Shown here one piece after another: positions 56,182 to 64,000 of a stretch of DNA of 64,000 nucleotides. The position numbers were made by a program, and so were the translations under genes. Positions within the stretch are counted from its first letter, which is position 1; each line of letters begins with the position of its first letter. The notes beneath the pieces were generated by a model that was not told the origin of the DNA, searched no databases, and worked only from the letters and a program-made list of their open reading frames with translations. Location of the stretch: the NCBI GenBank assembly GCA_025359915.1, contig JANYDE010000073.1:994-64993 (forward strand), in the 5' to 3' direction. This DNA comes from Chamaesiphon sp. 336R_metabinner_41. Its GTDB lineage: Bacteria; Cyanobacteriota; Cyanobacteriia; Cyanobacteriales; Chamaesiphonaceae.

Positions 56182-57633
56182 GTGAAATCGATCGCTATGC
56201 GGGTGCCACGATTTATGACATTATCATCTAATTCATCAATATCAGATTTCGATCTTCCAGATCGCGACAATTCAGAAATCAAATATGACTGGCAAGAAGT
56301 CATCGAACACGCACAGTTTCAATCAGCCGCTAGCATTCCCGTTTGCGCCGCCTCAGCCTCTGAGCTAGAAAATCGAGTAGAAACGGAGTACGATCCAAAA
56401 TTAGCGATCGCGTACAATGGGTGTGCTCAAATCGGTTATTATTTTAATGATTATCCAGCCGCTTTAGTCTCGATCAATTTCGCGATTGAGTACGATCCAG
56501 AACGGATCGATCTTTACTATCAACGCGCCCTAATTGCTAAAGCTTTAAATGATTATCCGCAAGTTTTAGCCGACTGTACAGAGATCTTAACACGCGCTCC
56601 CCACCATCAAGCCGCACGGGGCTTGAATGCGATCGCTTTAGTTAGAACCCAAGACTATAAAGCTGCCCTAGCGAACTTCGATCGACACATCAAATTATAC
56701 CCCAAAGATCCCCACGGTTACTGTTATCGCGGCATCTGTTACGAGCAATTAAAAGAGCATCCCCGCGCCTTAGCTGATTTCAATAAAGCTCTGGAATTAA
56801 ACCCTGGAGAGCCAGTATTTCATCACGCTCGCGGATGTACTTATCACCAGTTAGGCAATTTCTCAGCCGCACTTGCCGATTACAATCTCACAATTCAAGC
56901 ACTACCATTACTTGCAAAAGTATATGATGATCGAGCCGAAATTTACCGCTTGCAAGGCAATTATTCAGACGCAATTACTGACTGTACACAATCAATCTTA
57001 TTAAATCCTGATCGCATCGATGCTTACTTTAGACGGGGAATTATTCATGCCGAATTAGGTGATTTAGATCTGGCATTAGCCGATTACGACCGAATTATCT
57101 TGATTCTCCCTGGGAGAGGCTACGCTAACGATCCATATCATGCCAGAACTTATATTCAGCGCAGTTGGATCTACTTTCGTCAGGGTAAATATAGCCAAGC
57201 AACTCAGGATTGTGAATCGATTATGTCGATCGATAGGTTTTGCTTTTGGGCAAATTATTTACTCGGTGTGATCAATATTCGTACAGGATTAAGGCATCGG
57301 GCAATTGCCAATTTTACTAGGGCTATTGAAATTTCTCCACACTATGTTTCCGCCCGCTATCATCGAGGTGTAGCCTATTACGAGCTGGATAATATCACCG
57401 AAGCAATGACTGATTTTACCGAAGCAATATCGATCCAAAATCGGAGCTTAGAGAAATTGATCGATCGAGATGAAACAGGTTTTTATGCTGAGGGTTTAGC
57501 CCTGTACTATACAGGTCAAATTGAATCAGCTATTACAACGCTCAAGTTAGCCTTACTAGTAGCCAGACGTTTCAGTAACTATAGCTTCCAAGAACAAATT
57601 TTACAACTATTACGGCATTTTTCAAATCAGTGA
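56182..57633 (+). CDS. Tetratricopeptide repeat protein
   Basis: Many AY..RG/AL.DF..AL TPR repeats; exact start uncertain. Confidence 0.88.
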   Translation: MKSIAMRVPRFMTLSSNSSISDFDLPDRDNSEIKYDWQEVIEHAQFQSAASIPVCAASASELENRVETEYDPKLAIAYNGCAQIGYYFNDYPAALVSINFAIEYDPERIDLYYQRALIAKALNDYPQVLADCTEILTRAPHHQAARGLNAIALVRTQDYKAALANFDRHIKLYPKDPHGYCYRGICYEQLKEHPRALADFNKALELNPGEPVFHHARGCTYHQLGNFSAALADYNLTIQALPLLAKVYDDRAEIYRLQGNYSDAITDCTQSILLNPDRIDAYFRRGIIHAELGDLDLALADYDRIILILPGRGYANDPYHARTYIQRSWIYFRQGKYSQATQDCESIMSIDRFCFWANYLLGVINIRTGLRHRAIANFTRAIEISPHYVSARYHRGVAYYELDNITEAMTDFTEAISIQNRSLEKLIDRDETGFYAEGLALYYTGQIESAITTLKLALLVARRFSNYSFQEQILQLLRHFSNQ

Positions 57634-57634
57634 T

Positions 57635-57791
57635 TTGACACTCCTCGGCGTGAACACACAAGGATTCTTGGATCTACGAACGACTTTAAAATTCACGATC
57701 CTTGCGGCAATGCTTAAACCTTTCAACCGTGCCAAAGTACCTGCTTGGGTTCCCGGTATGGACTGGTTTCCCGTCCGCACGAATTCCGCAA
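57635..57791 (-). mobile_element. Orphan IS200/IS605 right-end remnant (tnpB 3' tail/omegaRNA-like region)
   Basis: Minus strand ends AGAATCCTTGTGTGTTCACGCCGAGGAGTGTCAA, the GAATC-hairpin-GAG-TCAA layout of IS605 right ends. Confidence 0.6.
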
Positions 57792-57796
57792 TTGAC

Positions 57797-58676
57797 CGGA
57801 AGGCGGGGCGCAAGCCCCTGACTTCAGGCATGGGGTCGAGCCTGTCGCGACTTCAGTCGCCTTAAAGCGATTCCGCTGCTTTAGCAGCAGTATGCGCTCC
57901 AAGCGTTCTAATAAGCTCCCGTATGACGGCGGTTTTTGCCAAGAAAACTCTGGAGCGAGAGTGGCTGAGTGAAGTCTCAAACATCCCTCTCCAGCAATCT
58001 GTCATCGATCTAGGAATCATCGACTTTGCTACTTTCGATACTGGGGAGAAGATTAAATCTCCTAAGCCTCTCAAGCGAAGACTTAAAAAGCTTCGCAAGG
58101 CACAGCGCAAACACGCTAGAACCACCAAAGGGAGCAAGAGAAGAGAACGGGCGCGGAAACGAGTAGCTAAGGTTCATGCGAAGATTTCCGATGAACGCAC
58201 AAGACTTTTTGCATAAGTTATCAACTAGAATTATTCGTGAAAACCAAACGATAGTTCTTGAAGATCTTGCAGTTTCCAATATGGTGAAAAACCGTAAGTT
58301 GTCTCGTGCTATTTCTGATTTAGGTTGGCGAAGTTTTAGAACTATGCTCGAAGCTAAATCAGTTATGTACGGTAGGGACTTTCGAGTTATTAGCCGATGG
58401 GAACCAACGAGCCAACGATGTTCATGTTGCGGTGAAATTGGCGGTAAGAAAGAGCTTGCTGTCAGAGAATGGGAATGCCTATTTTGCGGTGCCATACACG
58501 ATCGAGACGTTAATGCAGCGGTGAATATCAAAGTTGCGGGTGGATTGCCCGAAACTCTAAACGGACGGGGAGGATCGCGTAAGACTACCACGAAGGTAGC
58601 GGCTTCCTGTGAAGCGTCAACTATCCCATAGGCGCGAGCAACTTTCGTTGTTCCACTAGTCGGAATCCCCTTGCTT
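57797..58676 (+). mobile_element. Internally deleted IS200/IS605 (ISDra2-like) element
   Basis: TTGAC at 57792-57796 precedes GGGGCGCAAGCCCCTGACTTCAGGCATGGGG left-end hairpin; tnpB fragment; right end begins GGAATCCCC at 58662 and is interrupted. Confidence 0.7.
57923..58631 (+). pseudogene. tnpB: tnpB: N-terminus missing, frameshift near 58200
   Basis: IDLG (RuvC-I) in one frame; DFLHK, VLEDL, CSCCG/CLFCG zinc finger and DRDVNAA in another; CGCACAAGAC instead of CGCAAAGAC. Confidence 0.9.
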
Positions 58677-59834
58677 AACGAATCGAGCCGCTTGCGGTGA
58701 GACAGTGTGTGCGATTCGGTGTAGTTGAATCACGGTATCCAGTCCGTAAATAACACTACCAGCCTGGTATCCAGACATGATACAACAGAAGGGCTGAACT
58801 GTCCGAGAAATGTAGGTGAAAGTCCTACCTCTCAAACTCAGAGATGACTCTCTATCTGCCCACACCGACACGACTCGGAATTCGTGAGAGTGAAGCTGGG
58901 AACAGGACGCAATCAGACATCAATTGCAGATGACACTGGCGTTAACGAGGAGTCCCCATGATGAAACCGAGCCTAGAAAAGCAACCTACTCACAGGCAGA
59001 CGCAATCCAAATGTCTGACCTCGCCAGAGAATAGTATCCCGCCGCGCCAGCATTGAGCAACGGTATGAGTATGGGGTTCTGGCGGTTGAATTGGCTACAT
59101 CTAAAGGGACAACCAATCTCTCGGACGGAACGAATAAAAACGTGATTGAGGTCCGTAAGCGGTCGCGCTCACGGTAGACCAGACGAGAGGATTAACCCCT
59201 CAAACACGGGTAGGATTCGGCGTAATTGCCGAAAGGTGTTCAGACTAAACAACTTGGAGTAAATCATGATTAGACGCAGCGTAAATGCTAGCGAATTATG
59301 GAAAAGCTTCAAATGGAAGAAATTCCAGAAGACGCTGTTCCGGTTACAAAAACGAGTTTACAAAGCAGTTTCAGTTGGAAACAAGCGGTTAGCGCGGTCA
59401 CTACAGAAACTAATTCTAAAGTCTCAGTCAGCTAGACTATTAGCGATTCGACAAGTAACGCAGTTAAACGCGGGCAAGAAGACAGCGGGTATTGATGGCA
59501 AAGCGTCACTCTCATTTGAGGAACGCATCGCAATAGCCAACCTACTTGGCTCACATCATACCGACTGGAAGCACGAAAAGCTACGAGAAATCCCAATCCC
59601 TAAAAAGGATGGAACCATCCGTATGTTAAAAGTGCCCACAATAGCAGATAGAGCTTGGCAATGCCTAGCAAAATATGCACTCGAACCAGCGCATGAAGCA
59701 ACATTCCATGCCCGAAGCTATGGGTTCAGAACAGGACGCTCGGCACATGATGCTCAGAAAATCCTCTTCTCAAATCTAAACAGCAAGGCACATGGAAAAG
59801 ATAAGCGAGTAATTGAACTCGATATCGAAAAATG

Positions 59835-62100
59835 GTGCGATTCGTTGGAGATGAATCACGGTGAAAGCCCGTAAATAACCCTCCCAAGCTGGCTACCAGA
59901 CATGTAGCAATATAAGGCTTGAACTGTCCGATTGATGCAGGTGAAAACCCTGCTCTCCAAACTCAGGAGTAACTCCTTATCTGCCCACGATGACCCGACT
60001 CGGAATTCGGGAGGTTTCGTTGCTGGGAACAGGGCTGAATCAGACGCTAATTGCAAGCGACACTGCGGCTAACAGGGAGTCCTCATGGTGAAATAGTGCC
60101 TAGAAAAGCAACCTACGATGAGGCAGTCGCAATTCCTATGACTGACCACGCTAGAGAATAGTATCCCGCCGCGTATCATTTTAACAGCGGTATGAGTAGG
60201 GGGTTCTAGCGGTTGAAGTGGCACCACCTAAAAGGACTATCAATCTTTCGGTCGGAACGAATAAAAACGTACTTGAGGTCTATGAGTGGTCGCACTCATG
60301 GTAAGCCAGACGAGCGGACTAATTCCCCAAGTACGGGTAGGACAGACCGTAATTGGTCTGAGGTATCCAGAACACACAAACAGATGCAGAGCATGATTGG
60401 ACACAGTTTAACAACTAGTGAATCTTGGAGGAAATTACCCTGGAAGCAATTCCGCCGTAATCTCTTTCGCCTACAGAAGCGCGTGTACAAAGCAGTTCAA
60501 GTTGGTAATAAGCGAAAAGCGAGGTCTTTACAGAAACTGATTCTAAAATCTCAAGCAGCCAGATTATTAGCCATTCGACAAGTAACGCAGTTAAATGCTG
60601 GGAAGAAAACAGCAGGTATCGATGGTAAAGCGTCCCTCAATTTTGAAGAACGCCTTACACTAGCCCACGAGCTATCACAACATCATATCAACTGGAAGCA
60701 TCAGGGTTTACGAGAAATCCCCATTCCTAAAAAAGATGGTTCAACTCGAATACTCAAAGTGCCTACAATGGCGGACAGAGCTTGGCAATGCCTCGCAAAA
60801 TACGCCCTCGAACCAGCACATGAAGCAACCTTCCACGCAAAGAGTTATGGATTTAGACCAGGACGCTCTGCACATGATGCACAGAAAATCCTTCAAATAA
60901 ACCTAAACTCTAAAAACAACGGTATCAATAAACGAGTAATCGAATTAGATATCGAGGCATGTTTCGACCGGATTAACCACTCGTCTATCATGGATAACCT
61001 AATTGCCCCTACAGGGCTAAAGCTAGGCATCTTCAGATGTCTTAAAGCTGGAACGAACGTAGGATTCCCAGACCAAGGCACTCCGCAGGGAGGTGTAGTT
61101 AGTCCTCTGCTTGCAAATATTGCACTCAACGGAATCGAAAGTATCCACAGTTATAACACTCGTTATAACAAGAAAGGAATCCCCACAGGAGACCACAAAG
61201 AACCATCAATCCGATACGCGGACGACATGGTTATTATCCTTCGACCCGAAGACAATGCTGAAGCAATACTTAGAGATATTAGCGAATTTTTAGCTGTCAG
61301 GGGGATGAAAGTTAGCGAAAAGAAGACAAAAGTTACAGCAACGATAGATGGTTTTGACTTCCTCGGCTGGAACTTTAAAGTCCAGAAAAACGGCAAGTTT
61401 CGTAGTACGCCTTCTGTGGAGAATTACAAAGCATTCCGCAAGAAGATAAAAACTATCATTAACAACTCAAACTATGGTTCCACACACAAGGCTGGAAAAC
61501 TAGCCCCCGTGGTAAGAGGATGGAGAAATTACCATAAGTACTGCAAGATGGACGGGTCTAGGAACTCCTTGTACTTTATCCAAAAACGGGCTTATTCAGT
61601 ATTTAACAGGGAGTGTAAACAGAATCGCGACAGCAGTAAAAAGTTACTGAACCAAGCGTTTCCAACAGTCTCTTACTCTGAAAATAAACATATCAATGTC
61701 AAGGGCAATAAATCTCCCTACGACGGCGATTTTTCCTACTGGAGCGAACGACACAGTAAACTCTACGACGGAAACACCTCTAAAGCTATCAAAAAGCAAA
61801 ACCGTAAATGTGCAGCCTGTGGATTAACATTCATCGGTGAAGAAAAGGTACATTTACATCATATAGATGGAAACCACAACAATTGGGACAAAAAGAATCT
61901 AGTAGCAATACATGAATCTTGTCACGATTACGTGCATATGAACAACAGGGGAAAAGTAGTTGAAATATACGAACCCTGCTAATCTGAACCTCACATGAGC
62001 AAAGCGCAAGCTTAGGATATCGGGAGCGCAGTGCGATGAAAGTCGCACGCTGCGATCTAACAGAGAGGGGCGAGGTTTAATAGCCTCCCTCGACTCTACC
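59835..62100 (+). mobile_element. Group II intron 2 (complete, nested in the intron 1 RT gene)
   Basis: 5' GTGCG; DV GAGCGCAGTGCGATGAAAGTCGCACGCTGCGATC (62024-62057); DVI ending CGACTCTAC(C); EBS1 CATTTT pairs with AAAATG, EBS2 CGATG with TATCG. Confidence 0.92.
60393..61982 (+). CDS. ltrA: Group II intron RT/maturase with C-terminal HNH endonuclease
   Basis: GTPQGGVVSPLLANI, YADD (61215-61226), FDFLGW, CAACG...HHIDGNH...HESCH; start 60393 inferred from alignment with the intron 1 ORF. Confidence 0.93.
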   Translation: MIGHSLTTSESWRKLPWKQFRRNLFRLQKRVYKAVQVGNKRKARSLQKLILKSQAARLLAIRQVTQLNAGKKTAGIDGKASLNFEERLTLAHELSQHHINWKHQGLREIPIPKKDGSTRILKVPTMADRAWQCLAKYALEPAHEATFHAKSYGFRPGRSAHDAQKILQINLNSKNNGINKRVIELDIEACFDRINHSSIMDNLIAPTGLKLGIFRCLKAGTNVGFPDQGTPQGGVVSPLLANIALNGIESIHSYNTRYNKKGIPTGDHKEPSIRYADDMVIILRPEDNAEAILRDISEFLAVRGMKVSEKKTKVTATIDGFDFLGWNFKVQKNGKFRSTPSVENYKAFRKKIKTIINNSNYGSTHKAGKLAPVVRGWRNYHKYCKMDGSRNSLYFIQKRAYSVFNRECKQNRDSSKKLLNQAFPTVSYSENKHINVKGNKSPYDGDFSYWSERHSKLYDGNTSKAIKKQNRKCAACGLTFIGEEKVHLHHIDGNHNNWDKKNLVAIHESCHDYVHMNNRGKVVEIYEPC

Positions 62101-62168
62101 TTTCGACCGGATTAATCACTCTGCCATCATGGACAATCTTATCGCCCCAGCAGGACTAAAGCTCGGTA

Positions 62169-64000
62169 GCGCGACTTGAACTGGTCGTTTAGTATGTGGA
62201 GCTTACTCCACTAAGGGTTTCACATCCCTTACCCTCACGGAAAAGACTCAATAGAATTGAGTCTGGTCACGCCCAAGTAGGTAACGAAACAGGCGGAGTG
62301 CAGACCCCGAAAGTAACCTTAACTAGTAGCCTAAATTGGTTAAAGAGCAAGAGGGAGTTATCCCATGATAAACACAAGTGAATTGTCATTTTTAAACTGC
62401 GTTATTTTAGAAGGAGTCAAATAAGGCTGATAGACTCTAACCAAAACGGTAAATGGGTAAAACTTAATGCTTATCGATCATTAAGTTATGTGAATAAAAT
62501 TCCCATCGCAGAAAAGACAATATCTAAAGGATAACAGAAAACTAAATGACACAACAAGGTAAACCCTACAGAGTCTAGAGAAGGTCGAATATCTCTAGTA
62601 AGCCAACCGCAAGGAAGGCAGAACTCTCTGGAGGGTAGAGGATGGATGAGAAAGCAAATGCTGGTTTGTAATGAACTAGATAGAGGTCAACATACCTCTG
62701 ACCGAAAGGAATAGCAGACTTCATCTGGGTCTTATACGAAAGACAAAAATGTCAAAGAAACTAAATCCGAGGATAAGTTAGATGCAGACAATCATGTCTA
62801 CAAACGGACTAAAGAAACAGCTAGAAAACTGGAGCCATATTAAGTGGAAGAAAGTCAACAAGCTAGTTAAGAATCTACGACAACGAATCTTTCGTGCTAG
62901 AAAACTTGGTAACTTCAAAGCTCTTCGGAGTCTACAGAAGTTAATGCAACGAAGCTACGCCAACTTATTATTATCTGTTCGACGCATTACTCAGACCAAC
63001 AAAGGTAAAGCAACGGCAGGAATTGATAGAGAAATCATCAATACCCCAGAGCAACGAGTAATTCTGGTAAATGGATGGAAAGGGGGAAACCTCAAACCCA
63101 CCCGACGGGTAGAAATACCTAAGCCTAATGGTAAGAAACGACCGCTCGGAATCCCAACCGTGCGTGACAGAATCGAACAGGCAATAATTATGAACTCTCT
63201 AGAACCTGAATGGGAAAGCGTGTTTGAACCCAATTCCTATGGATTCAGACCAGGTAGAAGCTGTCAAGATGCTATCGAACAAAACTGGAAAAGATTAAAC
63301 TCAAATCCAAAAGGTAGTAGAGACACATGGGTTCTAGAAGCTGATATTCGAGGATTCTTTGACAATATTGAACATGAATCTATCCTTAATCTGATTAGTA
63401 ATTTCCCAAAAAGACATCTAATCAAAGGATGGTTGAAAGCTGGATTTGTCTTTGATGGAAGATTCAATCCGACAGAGATGGGTACACCACAAGGAGGGGT
63501 GATTTCACCTCTTCTAGCCAACATTGGACTGCATGGACTAGAAATTTACATAAAATCCACCAATCCCAAATTAGGTGTGGTTAGATACGCTGACGATTTC
63601 ATTGTCACAGCTAGAGACAAAGGAAGTCTCGAAAAAGCCCAAATCCAGATCCAACAATGGCTGTCAAAGCGAGGACTCGAACTAAGCGCGGAGAAGACGC
63701 TAATAACGTCAATAGAAGAAGGATTCGATTTTCTTGGATTTAACCATCGCCATTATAATGGCAAGCTTTTAATTAAACCTTCTAAGAAGAAAGTATTAGA
63801 CTTTTGCAAACGGTTAGGTAAAGAAATAAAAGTCCTGTACGGAACAAAACAAGAAGACGTAATCTCTAAATTAAATCCAATTCTCCGTGGGTTCGCCAAC
63901 TACTACAAAGGTGCGGTCAGCAAAGAAACCTTCAGTTACATCTCATCAAGAGTGTGGAGATACCTTTGGTGTTGGTCAAAGCGTAGGCACCCCAACAAAA
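62169..64000 (+). mobile_element. Group II intron 3 (nested in the intron 1 RT gene; runs off the window)
   Basis: 5' GCGCGAC variant; stem AACTTAATG/CATTAAGTT with loop TATCGA (62472-77) pairing with IBS1 TCGGTA (62163-68). Confidence 0.82.
62794..64000 (+). CDS. ltrA: Group II intron RT/maturase (partial; absent from the ORF track because there is no stop in the window)
   Basis: Hand translation open for 402 codons: KRPLGIPTVRDR, SYGFRPGRS, EADIRGFFDNI, GTPQGGVISPLLANI, YADD (63586-63597), GFDFLGF. Confidence 0.92.
   Translation, partial: MSTNGLKKQLENWSHIKWKKVNKLVKNLRQRIFRARKLGNFKALRSLQKLMQRSYANLLLSVRRITQTNKGKATAGIDREIINTPEQRVILVNGWKGGNLKPTRRVEIPKPNGKKRPLGIPTVRDRIEQAIIMNSLEPEWESVFEPNSYGFRPGRSCQDAIEQNWKRLNSNPKGSRDTWVLEADIRGFFDNIEHESILNLISNFPKRHLIKGWLKAGFVFDGRFNPTEMGTPQGGVISPLLANIGLHGLEIYIKSTNPKLGVVRYADDFIVTARDKGSLEKAQIQIQQWLSKRGLELSAEKTLITSIEEGFDFLGFNHRHYNGKLLIKPSKKKVLDFCKRLGKEIKVLYGTKQEDVISKLNPILRGFANYYKGAVSKETFSYISSRVWRYLWCWSKRRHPNK

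Larger units (their letters stand above)
59266..62168 (+). pseudogene. Intron 1 RT/maturase split into 59266-59834 and 62101-62168; continues beyond the window
   Basis: GGAG RBS; RT0-RT2 motifs; joining gives ELDIEK-C-FDRINHSAIMDNLIAPAGLKLG in frame. Confidence 0.85.
58709..64000 (+). mobile_element. Group II intron 1 (host intron; 3' end lies outside the window)
   Basis: 5' GTGCGATTCG; EBS1 GCATTG (59050-55) pairs with IBS1 CAGTGT (58703-08); EBS2 CTCAC (58989-93) pairs with GTGAG (58697-701). Confidence 0.85.

Noticed and set aside
58010-58591. 193-aa minus-strand ORF
   Set aside because: Antisense shadow of tnpB
58684-58708. Domain V of an additional upstream intron (GAGCCGCTTGCGGTGAGAC)
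   Set aside because: It starts like DV but cannot complete the DV stem within the window; better read as the 5' exon (IBS) of intron 1
59835-59874. C-terminus WCDSLEMNHGESP of the 202-aa ORF
   Set aside because: Read-through into intron 2, not a real stop
60213-60392. Long N-terminus of the intron 2 RT
   Set aside because: It lies in intron RNA domains aligning with non-coding intron 1 sequence; the homologous start is 60393
931-63524. Numerous short ORFs overlapping or antisense to identified genes
   Set aside because: Shadows of well-supported CDSs with no independent motifs
1-64000. tRNA or rRNA genes
   Set aside because: No cloverleaf or rRNA-like sequence recognised by eye

Overview
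Chromosomal window from a cyanobacterium (psaAB, ndhAIGE, cox operon, a CpeZ-like bilin lyase subunit, abundant CGATCG palindromes often as TCGATCGA; Chamaesiphon-like by inference only). Bases 1-57.6 kb are mostly housekeeping genes separated by many small repeats: GTAG-type REP/REPIN hairpins, a GC-rich palindrome family (one copy lies in frame inside ctaA), ~28-nt nested micro-elements and heptamer tandem repeats. Two regions stand out. (1) 20.96-21.2 kb holds a tandem array of ~105-120-bp units, each read as promoter + short RNA + TTCG terminator, resembling the NsiR1 sRNA array. (2) 57.6-64 kb is a nested stack of mobile elements: an IS200/IS605 right-end remnant, a deleted and frameshifted ISDra2-like tnpB element, and a group II intron inserted at that element's right end. 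That intron's RT gene is interrupted by two further RT-encoding group II introns 68 nt apart. EBS/IBS pairings can be read by eye for all three introns. Family names come from motif recognition; no searches were run.
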